From Clostridia bacterium (GTDB taxonomy: Bacteria; Bacillota; Clostridia; Oscillospirales; CAG-272), in the NCBI GenBank assembly GCA_900763885.1, contig CAAFLY010000155.1:1-48291 (forward strand): DNA of 48,291 bases, in the 5' to 3' direction. A program made the translations under genes and the position numbers. The notes under the pieces were generated by a model that worked only from the letters and a program-made list of their open reading frames with translations, had not been told where the DNA came from and did no database searches. This document shows positions 18,148-27,800 of this stretch, one piece after another. The first letter of the stretch is position 1, and each line of letters begins with the position of its first letter.

Positions 18148-19119
18148 ATGTACGCCATTCTCATCGATCCCGTGACCCGCGCGCTGTCCTATGCAGCCGT
18201 ACCCACACCGTCTCCGCGCGACGACGAGGTGCTCATCCGCGTCCATGCCGCCGGGGTGAACCGTGCCGATCTCCTGCAGCGCGAGGGGAATTATCCGCCG
18301 CCGCCCGGCTGTCCGGAATGGATGGGGCTGGAGGTATCCGGAGAGATCTGCGCGATGGGACCGCTCGCGGCGCGCCACTGGCGGATCGGGGACAGGGTAT
18401 GCGCGCTGCTCGGCGGCGGAGGATACGCACAATTCGTCGCCGTCCGGTACGATATGTGTCTGCCCGTCCCCGCAGGCGTATCCATGACCGAAGCCGCGGC
18501 GATCCCCGAAGCCTTTGCGACCGCGTATCTCAACCTGTTCCGGGAAGCGGACGCGAAATCCGGGGACACGGTCCTTGTCACAGCTGGCGGCAGCGGACTG
18601 GCCAGCGTGATGATCCCGATGGCAAAGTACGCGGGACTGTCTGTGATCACCACAGTGCGCAGCGCGGAAAAGGCGGCGGCGAGCGCGTCTCTTGGAGCCG
18701 ATGTGGTGCTGAACACGCGTGAAATCCCGCTGTCCGCCTATTTCGCGGCGCATCCGGGCGAGGTGGACATTGCCGTAGACTGCGTGGGAGGCGCGGAGGT
18801 CGGATTATGCCTGCCCCACATGGCGCGCGGCGGTCGGTGGATCGTGATCGCGTCATTGGGCGGGGAAACAGCGACCGTCGATCTGCGGCAGCTCTATGTA
18901 CGCGGCGTGCGTCTGGTCGGCAGCACCCTGCGCGCCAGAGCTCCGGCGGTCAAAGCGGAGATCCTCTCCTCCCTCCGGCGCGATTTTTTCCCGGCGATCG
19001 AATCCGGCGCGCTCCGTCCGACCCTGTTTGCCGTGTTCCCCCTCACGGAGGCGGCGGCGGCACACGAGCTGCTCTACCGAAGCGGCAATATCGGCAAGGT
19101 GGTCCTCACGGTGCGGTAG
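18148..19119 (+). CDS. NAD(P)H:quinone oxidoreductase (Qor / PIG3-like MDR)
   Basis: VNRADLLQREGNYPPPPG motif and a C-terminal GKVVL. Confidence 0.8.
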   Translation: MYAILIDPVTRALSYAAVPTPSPRDDEVLIRVHAAGVNRADLLQREGNYPPPPGCPEWMGLEVSGEICAMGPLAARHWRIGDRVCALLGGGGYAQFVAVRYDMCLPVPAGVSMTEAAAIPEAFATAYLNLFREADAKSGDTVLVTAGGSGLASVMIPMAKYAGLSVITTVRSAEKAAASASLGADVVLNTREIPLSAYFAAHPGEVDIAVDCVGGAEVGLCLPHMARGGRWIVIASLGGETATVDLRQLYVRGVRLVGSTLRARAPAVKAEILSSLRRDFFPAIESGALRPTLFAVFPLTEAAAAHELLYRSGNIGKVVLTVR

Positions 19120-19138
19120 CCTCCACAAATTTCACAAA

Positions 19139-19164
19139 CCGTCTCCGCGAGGGGGCGGTTTTTC
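19139..19164 (+). terminator. Intrinsic terminator after the oxidoreductase operon
   Basis: CCGTCTCC-GCGA-GGGGGCGG hairpin (GNRA loop) followed by TTTTT. Confidence 0.7.
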
Positions 19165-19178
19165 GTTGGTATTGGCAG

Positions 19179-19207
19179 TAGATTTTTGGATCCGTTTGTG
19201 GTATACT
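19179..19207 (+). promoter_or_regulatory. Upstream promoter (P1) of the carAB leader
   Basis: Extended -10 TGG-TATACT (19199-19207) with a weak -35. Confidence 0.5.
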
Positions 19208-19213
19208 ATTAAA

Positions 19214-19428
19214 AATACGAACGATGGAGGAACGCCATGACCGGAATCTGCCAGAGCGGGCTCAAGAAAACCACACCGCGCTCCCGCTGTTTCCATTTTG
19301 TTTTCCGTCCGGCGATCGTATCCGTAGGCACCCGTATTGCTTCTGTTCTGAAGGATCCGGCAGTACGGTTTGTGTTTCGTATTCCGGTGTTTCCATCCCG
19401 TCTGTTTCCCGACAGGCGGTTTTTTGTT
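19214..19428 (+). promoter_or_regulatory. U-rich leader RNA ending in an intrinsic terminator (candidate pyrimidine attenuator of carAB)
   Basis: About 215 nt between P1 and the terminator. AT-rich with several U-runs. Contains an SD plus a 67-codon ORF (19237-19440) that passes through the terminator. Confidence 0.45.
19398..19428 (+). terminator. Leader terminator upstream of carA
   Basis: CCGTCTG (19398-19404) / CAGGCGG (19413-19419), followed by TTTTTTGTT. Confidence 0.65.
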
Positions 19429-19434
19429 GCCCAT

Positions 19435-19466
19435 TTGTAGATTTATTCACAATTCTCTGGTATAAT
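19435..19466 (+). promoter_or_regulatory. Proximal promoter (P2) of carAB
   Basis: Extended -10 TGG-TATAAT (19458-19466). TTGTAG lies upstream at a non-ideal spacing. Confidence 0.5.
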
Positions 19467-19547
19467 GGAGAATATCGTATTTTTATGCACCATCCATGTG
19501 ATTTTCTGCATAGTTAGTCACATTCGGTGCGGAACAGGAGTGTTGGT

Positions 19548-20642
19548 ATGAGAGCGATGGATCGAAAGATCGTTTTGGAAGACGGCGCGGTATATCCCGG
19601 CTACGGCTTTGGCGCCATGACCGACCGCGTATGTGAGATCGTCTTCAACACCGCGATGGTCGGCTATCAGGAGGTGGTGTCCGACCCGTCGTATACGGAT
19701 CAGATGGTCGTGATGACCTACCCCTTGATCGGCAACTACGGCATCACGGACGACGATTTTGAATGCAAAAACCCCTCGATCGGCGGCATGATCGTGTGCG
19801 ATTACAACGACGCGCCGTCGAACTTCCGCTACACAAAAACCCTGTCGGAGCTATTGGAGGAAAACGGCATCCCCGGCATCTCCGGCGTGGACACCCGCAA
19901 GCTGACCCGCTCCATCCGCGATCTCGGCTCCCGCCGCGTGATCATCACCTCGATCGACACGCCCGTGGATGAGGCGCAGCACATTCTCGCGAGCACCCCG
20001 ATCCCGCACGATCAGGTCTCCCGCGTCAGCTCCAAAAAGCGGTGGTATTCCCGCACGTCCAACCCGCGCTTCAACGTCGTCGCCGTGGACTGCGGCATGA
20101 AGCTCAACATCATCCGCTCCTTAAACCGCTTCGGCTGCAATGTGACCGTCGTGCCGTATGATACGCCCGCGGAGGAGATCGCGTTCATGAAGCCGGACGG
20201 CGTATTCTTCTCAAACGGCCCCGGCGACCCGGAGGATGTAAAACCCGTGATCGAGACGATCCGCGGACTGCGGGGGAAATATCCCCTCTTCGGCATCTGT
20301 CTCGGCCACCAGATGATCGCGCTGGCGTACGGCGGCTCCACGTACAAGCTGAAATTCGGCCATCGCGGCGGCAACCACCCCGTCATGCGCCTGACCGACG
20401 GCAAAATCGAGATCACCTCGCAGAACCACAGCTACGCCGTAGACGAGGCCTCTCTTGCCGGCAGCGGACTGGTCGTGACCCATCGGAATCTCCTCGACGG
20501 CACCGTGGAGGGCATGGAATGCGCGGGGGAGCGGGTATTCTCCGTACAGTATCATCCGGAAAGCGCGCCCGGTCCCGAGGACAGCGTATACTTATTCGAG
20601 AAGTTTGTGGAAAACATGAAGGAGGGTGCGAAAAATGCCTAA
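19548..20642 (+). CDS. carA: Carbamoyl-phosphate synthase small (glutaminase) subunit
   Basis: ATG at 19548 after AGGAG. Class-I amidotransferase motif [10 protein letters not shown] and HRGGNHPV. Confidence 0.92.
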   Translation: MRAMDRKIVLEDGAVYPGYGFGAMTDRVCEIVFNTAMVGYQEVVSDPSYTDQMVVMTYPLIGNYGITDDDFECKNPSIGGMIVCDYNDAPSNFRYTKTLSELLEENGIPGISGVDTRKLTRSIRDLGSRRVIITSIDTPVDEAQHILASTPIPHDQVSRVSSKKRWYSRTSNPRFNVVAVDCGMKLNIIRSLNRFGCNVTVVPYDTPAEEIAFMKPDGVFFSNGPGDPEDVKPVIETIRGLRGKYPLFGICLGHQMIALAYGGSTYKLKFGHRGGNHPVMRLTDGKIEITSQNHSYAVDEASLAGSGLVVTHRNLLDGTVEGMECAGERVFSVQYHPESAPGPEDSVYLFEKFVENMKEGAKNA

Positions 20643-23600
20643 GAGAACGGACATAAAAAAGGTACTGGTGATCGGCTCCGGCCCGATCGTGATCGGTCAG
20701 GCGGCGGAATTCGACTATGCCGGAACTCAGGCTTGTCTCGCGCTGAAGGAGGAGGGCTACGAGGTCATTCTCGCAAACTCCAACCCGGCGACGATCATGA
20801 CGGACACCTCCGTCGCGGACAAGGTATATATGGAGCCTCTGACGCTGGAATTTCTGGCGCGCATCTGCCGGTATGAGCGGCCAAACGCCATCGTTCCCGG
20901 CATCGGCGGTCAGACCGGTCTCAACCTCGCGATGCAGCTGTACAAAAAGGGCGTTCTGGACGAATGCGAGATCGAGCTGCTCGGCACGGACGCGAAAAGC
21001 ATCGAATGCGCGGAGGACAGAGAGCTGTTCAAGGAGCTGTGCGAACGGATCGGTGAGCCGGTTGTCCCCTCGAAGATCACCTACACCGCCGATGAAGCCG
21101 TGGAAGCGGCAGCGGAGATCGGCTACCCCGTGATCCTCCGTCCGGCATTCACTCTGGGCGGCACGGGCGGCGGCTTTGCCTACACCCCGGAGGAGCTGCG
21201 CGAGATGATGAAAAACGCGCTCGCCCTCTCGCCGGTCCATCAGGTGCTTGTCGAGAAGAGCATCAAGGGCTACAAGGAGATCGAATACGAGGTGATCCGC
21301 GACGCGAACGATACGGCGATCACGGTGTGCAACATGGAAAACCTCGATCCGGTCGGCATCCACACGGGCGACTCCATTGTCGTGGCGCCGAGCCAGACGC
21401 TGACCAACCGCGAATACCAGATGCTGCGCAACAGCGCGCTGAAAATCATCCGGGCGCTCGGCGTGAAGGGCGGCTGCAACGTACAGTTCGCGCTTGATCC
21501 GCATTCGTTCCGGTATTACGTGATCGAGGTCAATCCGCGTGTGTCCCGTTCGTCGGCGCTCGCGTCCAAGGCAAGCGGCTACCCGATCGCACGGGTTTCG
21601 GCAAAAATCGCCGTCGGCATGGATCTGCACGAGATCCAGCTCGCGAACACGCCCGCCTCCTTTGAGCCGACGCTCGACTATGTGGTAACGAAGATGCCGC
21701 GCTTCCCGTTCGACAAATTCCCGGCGGCACAGAATACGCTGTCCACGCAGATGAAGGCGACCGGCGAGGTCATGAGCGTCGGACGGACGTTTGAGGAAAG
21801 TCTCCTAAAGGCGATCCGGTCCCTGGAGGAGGGCAAAAACCACATCCACATGGAAAAGTTCGACTCCGCGCACATGAGCGTGGACGAGCTGCTTGCCTAC
21901 ATCCAAAACGGCACGGACGACCGGCTGTACGCGATCTCGCAGCTGATGTGGATGGGCGTGGACCCGTCTCTCATCTGCGACATTACGCAGATCGATATGT
22001 TCTTCCTCGACAAGATCCAGCACATTGTGGATTTTGAAAAGGAGATGGAGGAAAATCCCTTTGACGCGGCACATCTGCGCGAGGCAAAGCGACTTGGCTT
22101 CTCGGATTCCTACGCGGCGGAGCTGTGGCACTGCACGGAGGATGAGATCTACGCGATGCGCCAATCGGAGAAGATGTATCCCGTATACAAGATGATCGAC
22201 ACGTGCGCAAGCGAGTTCGACAGCTATGTGCCGTATTTCTACTCCACCTACGCGGACGAAAACGAGTCGGTGGTATCGGACAAGAAAAAGGTGATCGTGC
22301 TCGGCTCCGGTCCGATCCGCATCGGGCAGGGCGTGGAATTCGACTATTCCACGGTACACGCGGTGCGCACGATCCGGGAATGCGGCTACGAGGCGATCGT
22401 CATCAACAACAACCCCGAGACGGTGTCCACGGACTACACGACCGCCGACAAGCTCTATTTCGAGCCGTTGACCGCCGAGGACGTGATGAACATCGTGGCG
22501 CTGGAGCGGCCGGAGGGTGTGATCGTAACGCTCGGCGGACAGACCGCGATCAACCTTGCCGCACCGCTTGCCGCACGCGGAGTAAAAATCATCGGCACGG
22601 GCTGCGCCGCCATCGACAAAGCGGAGGACAGAGACGCCTTTGACGCCGTGATCAAGTCGCTGTCCATCCCGAATCCGAAGGGGGAGGCGGTGACGGATAT
22701 CGAAAAGGGCGTAGCGGCAGCGGAAAGGATCGGCTACCCGGTGCTGGTGCGTCCGAGCTTCGTGCTGGGCGGCCGCGCCATGGAGATCGTGGCAAACGAG
22801 TCGATGCTGCGGAAATATCTGCGCACGGCGGTGGAGGTAGACGAGGACAAGCCGGTACTGATCGACAAATACTTAGTCGGCCGCGAGGTCGAGGTGGACG
22901 CGATCTGCGACGGACGGGAGGTATTCCTGCCCGGGATCATGGAGCTTGTGGAGCGGACCGGCGTCCATTCCGGAGACAGCACGAGCGTTTATCCGCCCTT
23001 CTCCCTGTCGCAGAGGGTGCGGGATGTGATCGCGGACTACACGCGCCGGCTCGGGCTGGGCATCGGGATTGTCGGCCTGTTCAACATCCAGTTCATTGTG
23101 GACCGCGAGGACAACGTTTACGTGATCGAGGTCAATCCGCGGGCATCGCGCAGTGTGCCGTTTCTCTCGAAATCGACGGGGGTGAATCTTGTGCAGATCG
23201 CGACCCGTGTGATGCTGGGCGAATCTCTCGCCGATCAGGGGATCACGGAGCTTCTGCCGCCGGACAGAGAGCGGTGGTACGTCAAGGCGCCCGCGTTCTC
23301 CTTTGCGAAGCTGACTGGCATGGACGCGTATCTCTCCCCGGAGATGAAGTCCACCGGTGAGGCGATCGGCTACGATAAGCGGCTCAACCGCGCACTGTAC
23401 AAAGCGCTGCAGGCGTCCGGCGTAAAGATGAAAGACTACGGCACGGTGATCGTCACTCTGGCGGACGAGGATAAGGAGGAGGCGCTGCCCCTCGTGCGCC
23501 GCTTCTACCGTCTCGGCTTCAACATCGAGGCGACCATCGGCACGGCTACGTTCCTGAAGGGGCATGGGATCCGCACCCGTGTCCGCGGCAAGCTCAGCGA

Positions 23601-23820
23601 GGGCAGCGAGGAGATCCTCGATTCCATCCGCGCAGGCTACGTGAGCTACATCATCAACACACGCGCGATCCTCTCCGGCGTCCATTTCGATGACGGGGTC
23701 GCGATCCGCCGCTGTGCCGTGCAGAACGGTGTGACCATCTTCACCTCTCTCGACACCGTCCGCATCGTTCTCGACGTGCTGGAGGAGACGATCCCCACGA
23801 TCTCGACGATCAACGAATAA
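20635..23820 (+). CDS. carB: Carbamoyl-phosphate synthase large subunit
   Basis: Starts [32 protein letters not shown], has duplicated ATP-grasp halves and overlaps the carA stop by 8 nt. Confidence 0.95.
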   Translation: MPKRTDIKKVLVIGSGPIVIGQAAEFDYAGTQACLALKEEGYEVILANSNPATIMTDTSVADKVYMEPLTLEFLARICRYERPNAIVPGIGGQTGLNLAMQLYKKGVLDECEIELLGTDAKSIECAEDRELFKELCERIGEPVVPSKITYTADEAVEAAAEIGYPVILRPAFTLGGTGGGFAYTPEELREMMKNALALSPVHQVLVEKSIKGYKEIEYEVIRDANDTAITVCNMENLDPVGIHTGDSIVVAPSQTLTNREYQMLRNSALKIIRALGVKGGCNVQFALDPHSFRYYVIEVNPRVSRSSALASKASGYPIARVSAKIAVGMDLHEIQLANTPASFEPTLDYVVTKMPRFPFDKFPAAQNTLSTQMKATGEVMSVGRTFEESLLKAIRSLEEGKNHIHMEKFDSAHMSVDELLAYIQNGTDDRLYAISQLMWMGVDPSLICDITQIDMFFLDKIQHIVDFEKEMEENPFDAAHLREAKRLGFSDSYAAELWHCTEDEIYAMRQSEKMYPVYKMIDTCASEFDSYVPYFYSTYADENESVVSDKKKVIVLGSGPIRIGQGVEFDYSTVHAVRTIRECGYEAIVINNNPETVSTDYTTADKLYFEPLTAEDVMNIVALERPEGVIVTLGGQTAINLAAPLAARGVKIIGTGCAAIDKAEDRDAFDAVIKSLSIPNPKGEAVTDIEKGVAAAERIGYPVLVRPSFVLGGRAMEIVANESMLRKYLRTAVEVDEDKPVLIDKYLVGREVEVDAICDGREVFLPGIMELVERTGVHSGDSTSVYPPFSLSQRVRDVIADYTRRLGLGIGIVGLFNIQFIVDREDNVYVIEVNPRASRSVPFLSKSTGVNLVQIATRVMLGESLADQGITELLPPDRERWYVKAPAFSFAKLTGMDAYLSPEMKSTGEAIGYDKRLNRALYKALQASGVKMKDYGTVIVTLADEDKEEALPLVRRFYRLGFNIEATIGTATFLKGHGIRTRVRGKLSEGSEEILDSIRAGYVSYIINTRAILSGVHFDDGVAIRRCAVQNGVTIFTSLDTVRIVLDVLEETIPTISTINE

Positions 23821-23911
23821 GAAAGCCTCTGATTTCATGTTATTTTTGCGATAAAAGCCCTTATATTTCAGCCTTTTATCGCAAAAATTCGATTTATTCA
23901 GAGGTTCCTAA
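23818..23911 (+). repeat. Stop-codon-associated palindromic element, copy B (94 nt)
   Basis: Begins with the carB stop codon TAA. The central ~47 nt are identical to the other copies and the ends are more diverged. Confidence 0.9.
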
Positions 23912-23927
23912 GAAAACGCCGATTTAT

Positions 23928-23984
23928 GGTCACGGATACTGTCTGTATGCTTGGACAGGCAGCCTCCGTGACCTGTTTGTTTTT
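23928..23984 (+). terminator. Intrinsic terminator of carAB
   Basis: GGTCACGGA ... TCCGTGACC with inner CTGTC/GACAG pairing, followed by TGTTTGTTTTT. It lies downstream of repeat copy B. Confidence 0.8.
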
Positions 23985-24058
23985 GGAGCGGTTTGACTGC
24001 TGGAGAAGCGGACACACAGCAGAATGGAAAAACACTGCTGTCTCCGCCCTTCTTTCTA

Positions 24059-24087
24059 TTGCAATATGCCGAAAAATAGTGTATAAT
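24059..24087 (+). promoter_or_regulatory. Promoter of the PHP-M28-nitroreductase-rSAM cluster
   Basis: TTGCAA, 17-nt spacer ending in TG, TATAAT. Confidence 0.65.
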
Positions 24088-24131
24088 AGCGGCATAGGAA
24101 ATCTTTCCCCACGCGAAAGGAGAAAAACACC

Positions 24132-24932
24132 ATGCGCTATGTATACGATCACGACCTGCACATCCACTCGAAGCTATCGCTCTGCTCCGGCGATCCGGAA
24201 GAGACGAACGAGCGGATCCTGCAATACGCGCGGTACAATCATCTGTCCACCATCTGTCTGACCGACCATTTCTGGGACGAGACGATCCCGCTGTCCGCCG
24301 ATTCGGCGTTTTACAGAGTCCAGAATCTCGCGCACGTGAAGGCGGCGCTGCCGTTGCCGCAGGCGGAGGGGATCCGGTTCCTTTTCGGCTGCGAGACGGA
24401 GATGGATCGGTTCATGACGGTTGGCGTCTCAAAGGAGCGGCTTGACGAATTCGCGTTTATCATCGTGCCGACGACGCATTTCCACATGACCGGATTCACC
24501 ATCCCGGCGGAACTCGTTTCCCCTGTGGACAAAGCGGATTTCTGGCTCCGAAAGCTGAACGCCCTGCTCGCTCTTGAACTGCCGTTTCACAAAATCGGGA
24601 TCGCCCATCTGACCTGCGGACTGATCGATCGAAACCGGCAGACGTTTCTCGACACCATTGCCGCCATCGACACGGATGGGATGTACAGGGCGTTCCGGCG
24701 CGCGGCAGAATGCGGGGTCGGGATCGAGCTGAACGCGGACGACATGAAATGCACCGACGCGGAGGCGGAAATCGCGCTTCGTCCGTACCGGATCGCGAAG
24801 GAAGCGGGCTGCAGATTCTATCTGGGCAGCGACGCGCATCATCCGGCAGCTCTGGACGCGGCAGGGGCAATCTTTGAGCGTGCCATCGATCGGCTGGAGC
24901 TGACCGAGGACGAAAAATTCATCTTGGCATAA
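24132..24932 (+). CDS. PHP-domain metal-dependent phosphoesterase
   Basis: N-terminal HDLHIHS motif and TDHF, typical of the PHP / histidinol-phosphatase-like family. Confidence 0.7.
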   Translation: MRYVYDHDLHIHSKLSLCSGDPEETNERILQYARYNHLSTICLTDHFWDETIPLSADSAFYRVQNLAHVKAALPLPQAEGIRFLFGCETEMDRFMTVGVSKERLDEFAFIIVPTTHFHMTGFTIPAELVSPVDKADFWLRKLNALLALELPFHKIGIAHLTCGLIDRNRQTFLDTIAAIDTDGMYRAFRRAAECGVGIELNADDMKCTDAEAEIALRPYRIAKEAGCRFYLGSDAHHPAALDAAGAIFERAIDRLELTEDEKFILA

Positions 24933-24953
24933 AGACAAAGGAGAGAGTGTACC

Positions 24954-26189
24954 ATGAATACAAAGCAGATCATGCAAATTTTCCGCGACACGGCGTATGT
25001 TCGGGTCAGCGGCAGTGACGAGGAAGCCAAAACCGCCGCCTATCTTACAGGAGTGCTCGCGAATATGGGCCTGAGTGCGCAGACTGAGCCGTTTGACGTG
25101 CCGATGGCGAGAAATGTATCGGCGACCCTTCTGGCGGACGGCGGTGAGATCCCGTGCGAGGGGTATCGTCTGGCGGGTTCGGGCGAGGTGGAAGCGCCGC
25201 TTTACTACCTGACGAGCGTGGATCCGTACTCCCTGTCCCAGTGCCGCGGAAAGATCGTGCTCATCGAGGGGTATCTCGGCTACTGGAAGTACCACGATCT
25301 GGTGGAGCACGGCGCGGTCGGCTTTATCACCTTTGACGGCAACGCGAATTACCGGGATTTCGATATAGACAAACGGGAGCTGCGCGCCTTTGTTGTGGAG
25401 GGCGCAAACGGGGTCAGACTGCCCGGCGTGAACATCAACGCAAAATCGGCGATCGCGATGGTCAAGAACAGGACAAAGACCGTGAAGATCACGCTGTCGC
25501 AGGAGGAATACACGGCACAGTCGCACAACATCATCCTTGAGCTGCCCGGTGAGATCCCGGAAACCATTGTTTTCACGGCACACTACGACTCTACCCCCCT
25601 CTCCCCCGGCGCATACGACAATATGTCCGGCTCCATCGGACTTCTCTGGATGGCGGAATACTTTGCCCATCACGCGCACCGCCATTCGCTGCGGTTCGTC
25701 TGGTGCGGCAGTGAGGAGCGCGGACTGCTCGGCTCAAAGGCCTATGTGGCGGCACATGAGGAGCAGCTCGACAAGATCGTACTGAACATCAATCTCGACA
25801 TGATCGGCTGCGCGATGGGCGGATTTGCCGCGTGCTGCACCGCGGAGGACAAGCTCGTGTCCTATATCCGCTATTTCGCCATGGAGGAGGGCTTTGGGAT
25901 CAAGTCGTACCAGGATGTGTATTCCAGTGACTCCACGCCATTCGCGGACAAGGGGATCCCGGCGGTATCGTTCGCACGCTGGGCACCGGGCAACACGGCG
26001 ACGATCCACAATCGGTACGACACGGCAGCGGTTATGCTCGGCGCGCGTATGGTGGAGGACTGCACGTTCATCACGAAATTCGCCGACCGGATGGCAAACG
26101 CCGCGATCTGCCCGGTGGAGCGGAAGATGCCGGACAATATGAAACAGAAGCTTGACTACTACCTCTGTCGCAAGAGAGAGGAGAAATAA
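24954..26189 (+). CDS. M28-family metallopeptidase with PA domain
   Basis: HYDS, DNMSGS, GSEERGLLGS and DMIG metal-ligand segments. Confidence 0.8.
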   Translation: MNTKQIMQIFRDTAYVRVSGSDEEAKTAAYLTGVLANMGLSAQTEPFDVPMARNVSATLLADGGEIPCEGYRLAGSGEVEAPLYYLTSVDPYSLSQCRGKIVLIEGYLGYWKYHDLVEHGAVGFITFDGNANYRDFDIDKRELRAFVVEGANGVRLPGVNINAKSAIAMVKNRTKTVKITLSQEEYTAQSHNIILELPGEIPETIVFTAHYDSTPLSPGAYDNMSGSIGLLWMAEYFAHHAHRHSLRFVWCGSEERGLLGSKAYVAAHEEQLDKIVLNINLDMIGCAMGGFAACCTAEDKLVSYIRYFAMEEGFGIKSYQDVYSSDSTPFADKGIPAVSFARWAPGNTATIHNRYDTAAVMLGARMVEDCTFITKFADRMANAAICPVERKMPDNMKQKLDYYLCRKREEK

Positions 26190-26209
26190 CCACAAAGGAG
26201 GATACACAA

Positions 26210-26731
26210 GTGAAGGAAACCCTACGTGATCTTAAGGAAAGACGGAGCTGCCGGGCGTATCTGCCGGAGCAGATCGGGGAGGAAGAATTGAACGCGATCC
26301 TTGAGGCCGGGACGTACGCGCCGACCGGGATGGGCAGGCAGTCCCCCGTGATCGTGGCGGTGCAGGATCCCGAAACCAGAGACGCGCTCTCCCGGATGAA
26401 CGCGGCGGTCATGGGCAGGGACGGGGATCCCTTCTACGGCGCGCCGACGGTGGTCGTGGTGCTGGCGGATCCCGAGATCGGCACGTATCTCTACGACGGC
26501 GCGCTCGTCATGGGCAATCTTCTGAACGCGGCGCAGGCGGTCGGCGTGGATTCCTGCTACATCTTCCGCGCGAAGGAGGTATTCGAAACCGCGGAGGGCA
26601 AGGCGCTGCTGCGCAAATGGGCCATTCCGGAGCGTTACGTCGGCATCGGCAACTGCATCCTCGGCTACGGCGCACCCGGCGGAAAAAAGGAAGCCGCGCC
26701 GCGCAAGGAAGGCTACATCGTGCGGGTGTGA
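26210..26731 (+). CDS. Nitroreductase-family protein
   Basis: GTG start. RRSCRAY ... APTGMGRQSP motif. Confidence 0.8.
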   Translation: MKETLRDLKERRSCRAYLPEQIGEEELNAILEAGTYAPTGMGRQSPVIVAVQDPETRDALSRMNAAVMGRDGDPFYGAPTVVVVLADPEIGTYLYDGALVMGNLLNAAQAVGVDSCYIFRAKEVFETAEGKALLRKWAIPERYVGIGNCILGYGAPGGKKEAAPRKEGYIVRV

Positions 26732-26878
26732 GCCGCGAGGGGTACTTTACCCGCACGGCATCGACTGCACCGGTACATACCATATGAACAGACAGTGCGA
26801 GAAAGGACACGGTATGAGAACAAACATCATCGCCTGTACAGGCGCGCGGACGGAACAATCCGGAGGAGACAGAACGTA

Positions 26879-27724
26879 ATGCTGCGCAAGGTCTATCTGG
26901 AGATCACCAATGTCTGCAACCTCCGCTGTGCCTTCTGTCCCGGCACCACACGGCCGCCGCGTTTTCTCACCGTGGACGAATTTTACACCCTCGCGGCACG
27001 GCTGGTCGGCCACACGGAATACCTCTATCTCCACGTGATGGGTGAGCCGCTATGCCACCCCAACCTCGCGGAAATCCTCGACATCGCCGCCGGACTGGGG
27101 TTTCGCGTCTGCCTGACGACAAACGGAGTGCTGCTCCCCGCCGTGTCCGATACGCTTCTCTCCCGTGCCGCGTCGCTCTACAAGATCAGCGTCTCCCTCC
27201 ACTCCCATGAGGCAAACGGCGGGGACAATCCGGAGCCGTATCTGCGCGACTGTGTGGCGTTCCAGAAGGCGGCGGGAGAGGCGGGGATCATCACGGTACT
27301 GCGGCTGTGGAACCGGGACGGCGAAAATCCGGGGCAGAACACGCAGAACGGGCGTATCTTATCCCTGCTGCACGAAGCGTTCCCCGGTCCGTGGACAGAG
27401 GTGCGCGGCGGCCCCCGGATGGCGAAGGGCTGCTATCTCGAATGGGGAGAGCGGTTCACGTGGCCCATCGAACGGGCGGGGAATCCGGATTCCGGACGGT
27501 TCTGCATGGCACTGCGCGATCAGGCGGCGGTCTTATGCGACGGCACGGTCGTCCCCTGTTGTCTCGACAGCGAAGGGAAGATCGCGCTCGGCAATCTCTT
27601 TGACACGCCCTTTGACGAGATCCTGTCCGCACCGCGCGCCAAAGCGATCCGCGACGGATTTTCGCGCCGTACCGCTGTGGAACCGCTCTGCCAAACCTGC
27701 GGCTACGCGACCCGGTTTTCCTGA
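26879..27724 (+). CDS. Radical SAM / SPASM-domain protein (short form, no obvious RRE)
   Basis: Start MLRKVYLEITNVCNLRCAFCPG (CX3CX2C) preceded by GGAGGA. C-terminal Cys-rich SPASM-like region (VPCCLD ... CQTCGY). Confidence 0.8.
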   Translation: MLRKVYLEITNVCNLRCAFCPGTTRPPRFLTVDEFYTLAARLVGHTEYLYLHVMGEPLCHPNLAEILDIAAGLGFRVCLTTNGVLLPAVSDTLLSRAASLYKISVSLHSHEANGGDNPEPYLRDCVAFQKAAGEAGIITVLRLWNRDGENPGQNTQNGRILSLLHEAFPGPWTEVRGGPRMAKGCYLEWGERFTWPIERAGNPDSGRFCMALRDQAAVLCDGTVVPCCLDSEGKIALGNLFDTPFDEILSAPRAKAIRDGFSRRTAVEPLCQTCGYATRFS

Positions 27725-27754
27725 ATCCCGGATCCCGCCCCTCCGGCCAACAGC

Positions 27755-27797
27755 AAAAAGGGAGCCCTTCCGTTTTTCGGATCGGTTCCCTTTTCTC
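27755..27797. terminator. Bidirectional terminator (rSAM gene / GH43 operon)
   Basis: AAAAA-GGGAGCCCTTCCG-TTTTT-CGGATCGGTTCCC-TTTT. Confidence 0.7.
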
Positions 27798-27800
27798 GTC

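Noticed and set aside
15987-18164. Very long ORFs antisense to recognised genes. Examples: 15987-18164 (725 aa), 27165-29360 (731 aa), 33346-35844 (832 aa), 43698-45536 (612 aa), 4374-5630, 20413-21630, 30708-32165.
   Set aside because: Each lies opposite a CDS with clear family motifs. Their products are Arg/Ala/Pro/Gly-rich, low-complexity sequence typical of stop-codon-poor antisense frames in high-GC DNA. None has a convincing SD or start.
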